Shown: positions 31,393-40,572 of the stretch, one piece after another
How positions within the stretch are numbered: position 1 is the first letter of the stretch
Layout: each line of letters begins with the position of its first letter
Source: Leptolyngbyaceae cyanobacterium
GTDB lineage: Bacteria; Cyanobacteriota; Cyanobacteriia; Phormidesmidales; Phormidesmidaceae
Assembly: GCA_965263355.1 (NCBI GenBank)
Contig: CBDHHL010000056.1
Coordinates: 1,440,001-1,504,000, forward strand
DNA length: 64,000 bases
Direction: 5' to 3'
Notes under the pieces: model-generated
Seen by the model: only the letters and a program-made list of their open reading frames with translations
Database searches by the model: none
Told to the model about the DNA's origin: nothing
Made by a program: the position numbers and the translations under genes

Positions 31393-33474
31393 ATGGTATC
31401 AGCAACAGGCACGGATACTACCCTAGCTATTCAACCCGGTGACAGTTATCCCCTAGGTGCGACGGTTCGCGATGGCGGCGTTAACTTTTGTCTGTATGCA
31501 CAGGGGGCCATAAACGTAGCGCTGCTACTCTTTGAGACAGCGGATTCTCCTCAGCCCCACCGGGTTGTTCAGCTAGATCCAGGGGTTAATCATACATTTC
31601 ACTACTGGCATGTGTTTGTTGCTGGTTTGGGAGCTGGGCAGGTCTATGGGTATCGGGTTGACGGCCCCTACAATCCAGACAGTGGTCAGCGGTTTAATTC
31701 GAATAAGGTGCTGCTTGATCCCTATGCCCGTTCCGTTGTCGGCTGGCAAACCTATTCTCGTCAGGCTGCCACTGACGACTCCGACAATTGTGCCCAGGCC
31801 TTGCGAGCAGTTGTTGTAGACCCACTGCATTACGATTGGGACGGCGATAGGCATCCTAAAACTCCCTATGCTGCCACGATAATCTATGAGTTGCATGTGG
31901 GCGGGTTTACCCAACATCCTAATTCTGGTATCGCGGCCAACAAACGGGGCACCTATGCTGGCTTGATGGAAAAAATCCCATACCTTCAATCCTTAGGGAT
32001 TACGGCAGTAGAGCTGATGCCGGTACAACAGTTTGACCCCAACGATGCGCCATCTGGCAAAACCAACTATTGGGGCTATAGTCCAGTGGCCTTTTTTGCC
32101 CCCCATCGACAATATAGTTCCAGGCAAGGCTGTATGGGGCCAGTGGATGAATTTAGAGATTTAGTAAAGGCGCTACATCGAGCTGGCATTGAGGTAATTT
32201 TAGATGTGGTCTTTAACCATACGGCTGAAGGCAGTCAGGAGGGACCAACTTTGTCGTTACGGGGGTTAAGCAACGAATCGTACTACATTCTTGAAGATAA
32301 CAAAGTTTTTTACAAAAACTACAGTGGCTGTGGCAATACCCTGAAAACCAGTGCGATTACTGGCTATCTTATTTTAGATTGCCTGCGCTACTGGGTCTCA
32401 GAGATGCATGTGGATGGCTTTCGCTTTGATTTGGCCTCTGTGCTGTCCCGCGATACGACCGGTGAACCCTCAAACAATCCACCGATTTTGTGGATGATTA
32501 ATACGGATCCAGCCCTGGCAGGCACCAAAATTATTGCAGAGGCCTGGGATGCGGCAGGTCTGTATCAGGTAGGGAATTTTGCGGGAGAGCGGTTTGCTGA
32601 ATGGAATGGCCCCTATCGAGATACCACACGACGGTTTGTCCGAGGAGATAATGGGGTGGTTCAAGCCCTGGCGGATCGGATTGTGGGCAGTCCCGATTTC
32701 TATGAGCAGTCCCAGCGAGGTCCCAATTACAGCATTCATTTTGTTACCTGCCATGATGGCTTCACCCTCTATGACCTCGTCAGCTACAACGACAAACATA
32801 ACCTGGCCAATGGTGAGGATAATCGCGACGGAAATGACACCAATTGGAGTTGGAACTGTGGTGTAGAAGGGACAACCCATGATCCGGCAGTTCAAACCCT
32901 ACGGCTCAAACAGGCTAAAAATTTCTTTACCCTATGGGCCATGTCCCAGGGGACACCCATGATGCTAATGGGGGATGAGGTGTTGCGATCGCAACAGGGA
33001 AACAACAACGCCTACTGTCAAAATAATGAACTCAGCTGGTTTAACTGGGATGGGACCACCACCCACAGTGATTTTCTTCGATTTGTAAAAGAGTTAATTA
33101 CTTTTATCCAGTCCCTGGAGCTTTTTAAGCATGACTTTCCACTTATCGTTACCCCTCAGTCCATTCTGGAGCCAGCCATTAGCTGGCATGGTGTCAAGTT
33201 AGGAAATCCTGACTGGAGCCATGAGTCCCATAGCCTTGCTTATACCCTATCGTATCAAAAGTATTATGAACGACTTCACATCATGCTGAATGCTTTTCAC
33301 GCCCCCCTGACCTTTGAACTTCCCCCGCTGCCCGATGGTCAATCTTGGCGACGCATCGTAGATACTGCTTTAGATGCTCCAGAAGACTTTTGTCCGGCAA
33401 CGGGTGCCCCTAAAATTGATGCAAATTTTTACCAGGTTGAGCCCCGTAGCTCAGTCATTCTGATGGCTAACTAA
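31393..33474 (+). CDS. glgX: Glycogen debranching enzyme (GH13 isoamylase)
   Basis: YPLGAT, NYWGY, DVVFNHT, DGFRFDLAS, AEAWD, HDGFTL, GNNNAYCQ. Confidence 0.96.
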   Translation: MVSATGTDTTLAIQPGDSYPLGATVRDGGVNFCLYAQGAINVALLLFETADSPQPHRVVQLDPGVNHTFHYWHVFVAGLGAGQVYGYRVDGPYNPDSGQRFNSNKVLLDPYARSVVGWQTYSRQAATDDSDNCAQALRAVVVDPLHYDWDGDRHPKTPYAATIIYELHVGGFTQHPNSGIAANKRGTYAGLMEKIPYLQSLGITAVELMPVQQFDPNDAPSGKTNYWGYSPVAFFAPHRQYSSRQGCMGPVDEFRDLVKALHRAGIEVILDVVFNHTAEGSQEGPTLSLRGLSNESYYILEDNKVFYKNYSGCGNTLKTSAITGYLILDCLRYWVSEMHVDGFRFDLASVLSRDTTGEPSNNPPILWMINTDPALAGTKIIAEAWDAAGLYQVGNFAGERFAEWNGPYRDTTRRFVRGDNGVVQALADRIVGSPDFYEQSQRGPNYSIHFVTCHDGFTLYDLVSYNDKHNLANGEDNRDGNDTNWSWNCGVEGTTHDPAVQTLRLKQAKNFFTLWAMSQGTPMMLMGDEVLRSQQGNNNAYCQNNELSWFNWDGTTTHSDFLRFVKELITFIQSLELFKHDFPLIVTPQSILEPAISWHGVKLGNPDWSHESHSLAYTLSYQKYYERLHIMLNAFHAPLTFELPPLPDGQSWRRIVDTALDAPEDFCPATGAPKIDANFYQVEPRSSVILMAN

Positions 33475-33489
33475 TCGTCAGATTTGGCG

Positions 33490-33876
33490 TTATCCCATAA
33501 CGTGTACCTTTTCCATAATTGTGTTGGCCGTTAGCGGACAGGCACAGCTGTCTTGCTCTAGCCATTGTTGACCCACCTGATGCAGGGCGGTTATCACCGG
33601 TTGCAACTCTTTACCCTTATCCGTAATAGCGTACTCAACCCGTGGAGGCACCTCTGCATAGGTCCGTCGTGTCACTAGCCCGTGTTCCTCTAAATTTCGA
33701 AGTCTCACCGTTAATGTTTTAGAACTGATACCGGGCAACGCTTTTAGCAGCTCATTAGTCCGGCGATCCTGCTCCCAAAGCTCCCGCAAGATTAAAATTG
33801 ACCACTTACTGCCCAGGATATCTACTACGAACTGAATAGGGCACGTTGACGTCAAACAATCACCAGTAGTGGGCAT
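33490..33876 (-). CDS. chlR: ChlR-like O2-sensing HxlR/MarR-type transcriptional activator
   Basis: wHTH (KWSILILREL, SKTLTVRLR, PPRVEY) with two N-terminal Cys (C-x4-CP) and C-terminal CxC, as in [4Fe-4S] ChlR; near chlAII and ho2. Confidence 0.85.
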   Translation of the reverse strand: MPTTGDCLTSTCPIQFVVDILGSKWSILILRELWEQDRRTNELLKALPGISSKTLTVRLRNLEEHGLVTRRTYAEVPPRVEYAITDKGKELQPVITALHQVGQQWLEQDSCACPLTANTIMEKVHVMG

Positions 33877-34000
33877 GGGCTATTTCCAAATAATGCATGT
33901 GCCCCGATTATCCTTAATTCTTTAATTCTTGCCTCCTAAAAAAGCTTAAGAATTTCAAAAATTAAGATTTATTTAAGGCATTTTCTTAACCCTGAAAGCA

Positions 34001-34046
34001 AGCAATTTTTTACTCCAGGTACGTTTAATTTTTTCCCTAGGGTTGC
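34001..34046 (+). promoter_or_regulatory. 46-bp conserved motif, copy C (tandem ChlR-like boxes)
   Basis: AGCAATTTTTTACTCCAGGTACGTTTAATTTTTTCCCTAGGGTTGC; 36/46 identical to copy B, 35/46 to copy A. Confidence 0.7.
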
Positions 34047-34228
34047 TAACCCGCTTGCTAGAAACAGCCTTGTAATTTTAGAAAACCATAGGAAGATAAT
34101 AGTGGCGCTGGCAAGAGAACATCAACAGATCGTTGTTAGTGTCTGCGTTAAGCGTTCTCCAGGCCACTCTACAAACGAGCACTTATGCTGACTGAGCCAT
34201 AACTGCTTACTCAAAGGAGACTTCTCAA

Positions 34229-34345
34229 ATGAAAGTAGTTCTTCAAGGCAAAAATATAGAACGGGCATCCACTCAAGGTAAGAGTTTACTTAAGGACACA
34301 TTTCAGGGGGCGGAGATAACATTGATTCTGCCCCCTGGCCCTTGA
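34229..34345 (+). pseudogene. Remnant of an hpf/lrtA-like gene (38-codon ORF)
   Basis: AAGGAG RBS, then MKVVLQGKNIE (like the LrtA N-terminus MKLVIQGKNIE), then unrelated sequence and a GC hairpin. Confidence 0.55.
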
Positions 34346-34373
34346 CCGTCTCAACATAGGATCAACTGCGGCT

Positions 34374-35087
34374 ATGGATAGCAAGGAATTGCTACAGGCA
34401 TATAACGCTGGTGAACGCGATTTTTCGGGATTGACACTTTTAGAATTAGAGTTGCTGCAGCTTGAGCTAAGTGATGCCAACTTTAGCCAATCCGATTTGC
34501 GTCAGTCTCGCTTAGGTCGTACGCACTTTTGTCGTGCTAATTTCGAGCTTAGTAACTTAAGCGAATCTCTTCTTTGGGGCAGCGATCTACGCAATGCCAA
34601 TTTGAAAAATGCTCAGCTACGAGAGGTGGATTTAAGTAGTGCGCTTTTGAATCACGCCAATCTAGAGCGGGCTAACTTAATAAAAGCTAGTCTATGTGGA
34701 GCCACCTTGAACGGTGCCAATCTCGCGATGGCCCGTTTGCTAGACGCTGATTTTCGTTCAAATGCTGACCAGAGAACTGATTTGGGAGAGGCGAACCTAA
34801 GTCAAGCCGACTTGAGCTATGCACTTTTAAACGGTGTGATTTTGCGAGGAGCCAATTTGTCGGAGGCTACATTGTGTCGTGCTAAATTGGGCAAAGACTA
34901 TCGCCCAGGCAGTTTTCCGACCGACCTTAGTGAAGTCAATCTCCAGGGTGCTGATCTTAGCTATGCTGACTTGACCGGTGTAAATCTAAAAGAGGCTGAC
35001 CTTACGGGCGCTGACCTCACGGGCACATTATTGTATCAAGCCAATCTCTATCATGTAACTATGCCCAATGGGCAACGCCATGAGTAA
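34374..35087 (+). CDS. Pentapeptide repeat protein
   Basis: ELLQAYNAGERDF N-terminus, A(N/D)L repeats, MPNG end. Confidence 0.92.
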   Translation: MDSKELLQAYNAGERDFSGLTLLELELLQLELSDANFSQSDLRQSRLGRTHFCRANFELSNLSESLLWGSDLRNANLKNAQLREVDLSSALLNHANLERANLIKASLCGATLNGANLAMARLLDADFRSNADQRTDLGEANLSQADLSYALLNGVILRGANLSEATLCRAKLGKDYRPGSFPTDLSEVNLQGADLSYADLTGVNLKEADLTGADLTGTLLYQANLYHVTMPNGQRHE

Positions 35088-35297
35088 CATCTCTAACGAT
35101 TTTGAGTTATGCAATACTACACATTGCAGAGCGTAGCAACCATCTTAGAAAGCTCATACTCTGCGACCGGATTGCTATTCTTTATAAACCCACATACTGT
35201 ACAGATCTAATCCAAAACAATTTGCCCATTCTTGCTTTGAAATTGGTATCCCATACGAGTGGGATATTGCTGACCTTGGGGTAAATAAATTAAACGC

Positions 35298-35774
35298 TTA
35301 ATGTGCTTTTTTAGTTTTTGTTGCAGCGATCGTAAGATTTCTACGAAGCAGGGTGATTTGCGCCTGGAGATGCTGCACCGATTCTGGGGTTAGCCCAGTG
35401 GCATCAAGAAGACAGCTTGGAATTTTAAGCGCCTTTTCCTTGAGCCCTTTTCCCTGCTGTGTCAGACAGATAAGGACTTGACGTTCATCGGCAATATCTC
35501 GTTGTCGAGTAATATGGCCCATTTTCTCTAGGCGCTTTAATAGTGGCGTCAGGGTGTTCGACTCTAGGAACAATTGTTTGCCTAAGCTTTTGACAGTTTG
35601 TTTATCCTTTTCCCATAGCACGACCATCATGATGTACTGCGGATAGGTTAGACCCAGTTCCTCAAGTAGTGGTTTATAAACACGGTTCATCGCATGGTTC
35701 GCAGAGTAAATGGCGAAACAGAGGAAACTGTTGAGATTAAGAAGCTCTTCAGGCTGGGGGGCAGGAGCGGGCAT
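35298..35774 (-). CDS. ohrR: OhrR-like MarR regulator
   Basis: LCFAIYS with the sensing Cys, LGLTYPQY, TLTPLLKRLE, DERQV. Confidence 0.85.
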   Translation of the reverse strand: MPAPAPQPEELLNLNSFLCFAIYSANHAMNRVYKPLLEELGLTYPQYIMMVVLWEKDKQTVKSLGKQLFLESNTLTPLLKRLEKMGHITRQRDIADERQVLICLTQQGKGLKEKALKIPSCLLDATGLTPESVQHLQAQITLLRRNLTIAATKTKKAH

Positions 35775-35841
35775 TATGCATTTCCTCAAGGGAACAGTGA
35801 CTCTGTTGATACAAATTGCTTTCAGACACTGCCTTTAGTAT

Positions 35842-35928
35842 AAATCGCGCACGATATAGTCGCAAGTGCTTGACTTTTTCTTACGATGACGCTAACTTAA
35901 GTTTGCACGATTTAATCGTGTACGATTT
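35842..35928. promoter_or_regulatory. Three related palindromic operators between ohrR and the GST gene
   Basis: AAATCGCGCACGATAT (35842), TAAGTTTGCACGATTT (35898), TAATCGTGTACGATTT (35913). Confidence 0.65.
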
Positions 35929-36018
35929 GTTTTTGGTCTGTACGAGTGTGGGGAATCAACAGTCGTGCAGCCAGACAACGTCTTTCTTTTTTAAACCATC
36001 AAACCAGAAGGCTTTACC

Positions 36019-36645
36019 ATGGCTAAATTTACTATTTATGGTCCGACTATCAGCACATATGTCCGTACTGTTCGCATGATTCTCGAAGAGACTAACACTG
36101 CCTATGAGCTTCAAGATGTGGATATCTTCACAGCCAGAACGTCTGAATATCTCGTGCTCAATCCGTTTGGTAAGGTTCCTACTCTAAAAGTAGATGACCA
36201 GATCCTCTATGAAACCAGCGCGATTGTTGAATATCTGGATGCCGTAGTGGCTGATCATGCCTTTATCCCTCAAGATCCCATGGGTCAGGCGCATATGCGT
36301 CAGATTATGTCGATTGTGGATAGCTACCTGTATGGTCCCTCTATCAGTGAGATAACTATTCAGCGTCTGATCGTTCCTTGCCAAGGGGGCCAATCAGATG
36401 AAACTGCTATTCAAAATGCTGTTCCTAAGGTAAAGACGGCTCTGGCGGCAATCGAAGCCATCAGCAATTGTGATCCGTTTTTGTTGGGCCACACAATCAC
36501 CCTGGCAGATTTCTATTTGATGCCTGTGATATTCTATCTTTCTCAGACTCCTGAGATGGCTTTAGTAACTGCCCAAACGCCTAAACTGAAGATCTGGTGG
36601 GACTCCATTAGCCAACGTCCCAGTTTCCAACGGGTAATTGCTTAG
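36019..36645 (+). CDS. Glutathione S-transferase
   Basis: STYVRTVR, NPFGKVPTL, LYETSAIVEYLD, TLADF. Confidence 0.93.
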   Translation: MAKFTIYGPTISTYVRTVRMILEETNTAYELQDVDIFTARTSEYLVLNPFGKVPTLKVDDQILYETSAIVEYLDAVVADHAFIPQDPMGQAHMRQIMSIVDSYLYGPSISEITIQRLIVPCQGGQSDETAIQNAVPKVKTALAAIEAISNCDPFLLGHTITLADFYLMPVIFYLSQTPEMALVTAQTPKLKIWWDSISQRPSFQRVIA

Positions 36646-36806
36646 AAATCGCGATGTTTGTTATAGCGGGATCTTGTTGTGAAAGATCCTGCGGTAACAA
36701 CAATCGATGGGTCAAAGTTTTCTCAGCCACTTAACGTGCTAACCCCAAAGTTGAGATGCCGTATAAGGGCTCTAGTTGTTCTGCTATTACCTGACTTTTA
36801 ACAGTT

Positions 36807-37187
36807 TTAGCGGCTATAAGGTTGCTCTATGCTCAAGCCTGGGATAACTCGGTAGTGTTTCACGTTGAAGGTACAGAGAGTTACATGACGTCCAACAGCG
36901 CAAGCAGCAATCAAAGAATCAATTAAACCAACGTTGTGAGACAGATGATAAGCCGTAAAATCAGACAAAGCTCGGGCACAGTCAGTTTCAGTGGGCCAAA
37001 TAATCGATAAAGGCGCTACAAGTTGGAGAACCTCGCGAGCCTGCTGTTTGTTTTGAGCATCCTGAATCAACTCCATTACAACAAATCCAGGAATACTTGG
37101 TAGAACTGAGAGAGAAGCAAATCAAACTAATGCAGGTTCGTACCCCCGCTGAATATCAATTATAATATCGGTATCGACTAGATACAT
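36807..37187 (-). pseudogene. PIN-domain (VapC-like) gene with premature stop
   Basis: MYLVDTDIIIDIQRGYEPALV*FASL...VMELIQ...LIDSLIAACA...TFNVKHY; TGA at 37122-37124. Confidence 0.8.
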
Positions 37188-37194
37188 TGGCTAT

Positions 37195-37350
37195 CTAAAT
37201 ATGGTCGCGATCCTCGGCTGCATCTAGTAATGCACCACGGAAGTCAGCAATCCCAAGATTTGCAGATCGAAAATCAGTCTGAAGAAGCTTTACTTTGCGA
37301 AAGTCCACTCCCCGCAGCCAGGTTTTACTGAGGCGTGCTCCTGTCAGATC
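37195..37350 (-). pseudogene. Pentapeptide-repeat fragment
   Basis: DLTGARLSKTWLRGVDFRKVKLLQTDFRSANLGIADFRGALL with no start of its own. Confidence 0.5.
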
Positions 37351-37367
37351 ATGCTGCCGACGAACAT

Positions 37368-37815
37368 TTATCCGAAGCCCCCTAGACGAATACCTGACCC
37401 CAAAATCACAAATAAAACAGCTAACGTAGTGACACCGACAATATGATAAGCCAGAGAAGTTAGAGTCTCTTTTGTCAGGTTTGGAATAATAAAAAAAGCG
37501 AGCATGGAGCGCCAGGGCAACAGTGCCTAGCAGAAGTAATAGTTTGATGCCAATGTAGACCGATAGAAAAGAATTAAACTCCAAAAAAGATTGAAAGCCA
37601 GGAAAATAAATCCAGGTGAGCCACAATCCAGTCATCACCTGGAGAAGCAACGCGCCCAAACCAAATCCTTCAAAATGTTCTTCAAACTGATGAATACGGT
37701 CTGGGTCGTTTTGTTTGAGTGCCTGAGGTAATACTGTTGCAGCTAACACAAGATGGCCACCTGTCCAGACGGTAGCGCCCAGAGTATGTAAAACAACCAA
37801 AACTTGGAATAGCAT
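37368..37815 (-). pseudogene. CopD-like membrane protein with +1 frameshift
   Basis: LHTLGATVWTGGH motif; T7 run at 37491-37497; removing one T gives IIPNLTKETLTSLAYHIVGVTTLAVLFVILGSGIRLGGFG*. Confidence 0.75.
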
Positions 37816-37965
37816 TAGGGTTACCTCAGCACCACTTTATAGAATACTCGTTTGAAATTGTGTTGTAGGATTCTCTCCCCTGAGCTTTCAATGCCTTTAG
37901 ATTTTCTGTACACACAATGAAACAGCCATGCCTTTCAACGGGTACATTATTTTCCCGCGAATCCC

Positions 37966-39030
37966 TTAGTAAACAGTTTCTCTCAAGGCTTCGGCGTCAA
38001 TGGGCGGGATGAAATACAACTTTAGTAGGTCTCCGACTGTACCGGCCACCAGAGACACTTTGCGTAAGAATTTCCAAACTTTAGGCGCTGAGCCCTCTGC
38101 TATGCTTTTAAGCTTGAGATTTCGATCAGCACATCGATCCAGACGCTTAAAGAATTCGGGATGATCTACATCTAGAATGACGGGAAAAGCACGGGCAGAT
38201 GTATTGTTGGTCTCACGAATGACGTCAGTGTCAAACTTTGTAGCATCAAGACCCAGCATTTCGTAGAATTTGGTGCGCTCGTGGACGGTAAGGCTGTGGG
38301 TAGCAAAGACAGAGAGCAGAAAGAAGCGGCTCCAAAGACGAGATTGCCAGGTTTTCCACATATTGGGTTGAGACCTCAACAAGGCCTTAAAAATATCCCC
38401 ATGGCGATTTTCATCCTGACACCAGCTTTCAAAATAATTAAATAATGGATAGAACCGATTTTCTGGATGCTGTTCTAAGTGACGATGGATCAAAATATAG
38501 CGCCAGTAGCCAATTTTTTCGGACAGATATACTGCATAGATAATCCACTCCACCGGAAAGAACGTATAGTTCCGCTTTTTGGTTAGCGTGCCTAGATCTA
38601 ATGAGATATTAAAATCCGCCATCGCCTTATTTAAGAACCCCGCATGACGCGCCTCATCACGGGCCATTAGGGAAAATATTTCTGCCAATAGTGGACTACG
38701 CCCCTTAAGCTTGCGCGATAGCTCTTTAAACAATAAAAAACCTGAAAATTCTGAAACACAGGAACGCTCTAGATAATCTACAAATGCCTGCCGCTCTTCC
38801 CCCTGAATATGTTCCCATGCCTGCTTAAAGGCATCATTCCGTACAAAATGATGGCGGTTATAGTCGGCCCTCATTTCTGCCAGCATTGCTTCTAGATTTA
38901 CCTCACCTGCCGAAAGGTCTAAATTGGCCGCCTTATCAAAGTCAGTGGTATAGAAACGAGGCGTCAGTAGATTCTCTTCAACCTGGGATTTTTGACTGAC
39001 GGCGATACGAGCAGGGACGGTGCTGACCAT
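37966..39030 (-). CDS. acsF: Mg-protoporphyrin IX monomethyl ester cyclase, low-O2 isoform (ChlAII/AcsFII)
   Basis: LLTPRFYTTDF, ERSCVSEFSG, DEARH, DENRH; WKTWQSRLWSRFFLL resembles the ChlAII isoform. Confidence 0.95.
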   Translation of the reverse strand: MVSTVPARIAVSQKSQVEENLLTPRFYTTDFDKAANLDLSAGEVNLEAMLAEMRADYNRHHFVRNDAFKQAWEHIQGEERQAFVDYLERSCVSEFSGFLLFKELSRKLKGRSPLLAEIFSLMARDEARHAGFLNKAMADFNISLDLGTLTKKRNYTFFPVEWIIYAVYLSEKIGYWRYILIHRHLEQHPENRFYPLFNYFESWCQDENRHGDIFKALLRSQPNMWKTWQSRLWSRFFLLSVFATHSLTVHERTKFYEMLGLDATKFDTDVIRETNNTSARAFPVILDVDHPEFFKRLDRCADRNLKLKSIAEGSAPKVWKFLRKVSLVAGTVGDLLKLYFIPPIDAEALRETVY

Positions 39031-39170
39031 TTTTCTACCTCAAATACCTATTCATAGCTTTGTAGATATAGAAAGAATAATATGATTCAGCCTGAATGAC
39101 ACAGGGGTGAAATAGGCATAATTTTCTCAATAGGTTTTAGCGTTTGTGAACCTTAGGCTGAGAACAAAAT

Positions 39171-39184
39171 TTTCCTTTAGGTAA
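39171..39184 (-). promoter_or_regulatory. ChlR box upstream of acsF/hemF
   Basis: TTACC-TAAA-GGAAA is a full match to the ChlR consensus TTMCC-N4/3-GGWAA. Confidence 0.75.
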
Positions 39185-39317
39185 GTATGATTTGCCAATT
39201 TTTAACTAATCTAAAGCTGTCCCTAAAAGGTAAAGTTTTGAAAATAAAAAAGAGTCCTAATCGCTTAATCACTATACGGTTATTGAAGCTAAGCTTTGTT
39301 GAGTAAAGATTTTATCT

Positions 39318-40361
39318 ATGAGTCTTCAAGTCAACCTATCGCAGGCTAATACAGCCGTTTCTTCATCGGGCTCTGTTATGCCACCACGGGATGGTCGCGA
39401 TCTCGTCAAGCACTATGTAAAAACGCTTCAGGACAATATTTGTGCTTCGTTAGAGCAGTTAGATGGTCGAGCTAACTTTCAAGAAGACAACTGGCAACGC
39501 CAGGGCGGTGGCGGTGGTCGTACCCGCGTGATTCGTGATGGACGAGTATTCGAGCAGGGGGGTGTAAACTTTTCAGAAGTATGGGGGGAGACACTGCCCC
39601 CAGCAATCTTAAGCCAACGCCCCGAGGCAGCTGGCCATGGATTTTATGCCACGGGGACGTCCATGGTGTTACACCCCCACAATCCCTACGTACCCACAGT
39701 CCACCTCAACTACCGCTACTTTGAAGCCGGTCCAGTATGGTGGTTTGGGGGCGGCGTAGATCTCACCCCCTACTATCCTTCCATTGAGGATGTGGTTCAT
39801 TTTCATACCACTTTAAAGCAAGCCTGTGATGCCCATCATCCAGAGTTTTATCCAGCCTTTAAGCGATGGTGTGATGAATACTTTTACCTCAAACATCGTC
39901 AGGAATCCCGTGGGGTAGGTGGTCTTTTCTTTGACTATTTAGATTATCGTGGCAATCTTTACTCAGGCTCCAATTTAACTGGGGATGCGGCCAACTACAG
40001 TCAACAAGTAGGAGCAGTCAACCAAAGCTGGGAACAATGGTTTGCCTTTGTACAAAGCTGTGGCAATGCCTTTTTACCGGCCTATCTACCCATTGCTGAA
40101 CGTCACCAGGATAGGCCCTATGGTGAGCAAGAGCGAGAGTTTCAACTCTATCGCCGGGGACGCTATGTTGAATTTAACCTGGTTTATGATCGAGGTACTG
40201 TATTTGGTTTGCAAACCAATGGTCGAGCTGAGTCGATATTAATGTCACTGCCGCCTTTGACTCGCTGGCAATATGGCTATGAGCCCCAGCCCAATAGCCC
40301 AGAAGCGAAGCTAACCAGCTTTTTCCTTAAACCTCGAGATTGGGTGAACTGGCTGCTGTGA
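39318..40361 (+). CDS. hemF: Oxygen-dependent coproporphyrinogen III oxidase
   Basis: [48 protein letters not shown]. Confidence 0.96.
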   Translation: MSLQVNLSQANTAVSSSGSVMPPRDGRDLVKHYVKTLQDNICASLEQLDGRANFQEDNWQRQGGGGGRTRVIRDGRVFEQGGVNFSEVWGETLPPAILSQRPEAAGHGFYATGTSMVLHPHNPYVPTVHLNYRYFEAGPVWWFGGGVDLTPYYPSIEDVVHFHTTLKQACDAHHPEFYPAFKRWCDEYFYLKHRQESRGVGGLFFDYLDYRGNLYSGSNLTGDAANYSQQVGAVNQSWEQWFAFVQSCGNAFLPAYLPIAERHQDRPYGEQEREFQLYRRGRYVEFNLVYDRGTVFGLQTNGRAESILMSLPPLTRWQYGYEPQPNSPEAKLTSFFLKPRDWVNWLL

Positions 40362-40401
40362 TGTTGATATCACTCATCTTGATGTCCTGAAAAGACCCTC
40401 C

Positions 40402-40503
40402 GGTAAGAGATAACGATGAATATCTTCAACCAACCAGAGATAAGCGACGAGGAGGGCTTCCAATTCCTGCTCCTAATAACGTCTATCATGGTTATCTCTT
40501 ACC
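40402..40503. mobile_element. 102-bp element with 18-bp terminal inverted repeats (MITE-like)
   Basis: GGTAAGAGATAACGATGA ... TCATGGTTATCTCTTACC (1 mismatch); no clear target duplication. Confidence 0.5.
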
Positions 40504-40572
40504 TTTTCTACTTTAGACTCTTTTCTTAAGAGAGTTTTGTTCGACCAGACCTAATCGTTTGAAATAACTACC

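Noticed and set aside
11813..32895. Numerous 60-205 aa ORFs overlapping GMC, cta, xfp, ligase, adhE and glgX
   Set aside because: Antisense or out-of-frame shadows of well-supported genes with no recognisable motifs
35298..35774. MarR gene near acsF as ChlR
   Set aside because: It has the OhrR LCFAIYS signature; the four-Cys ChlR pattern is in 33490-33876
40393..40406. ChlR-like half site upstream of ho2
   Set aside because: The GGTAA belongs to the terminus of the inverted-repeat element, and the left half is a poor match
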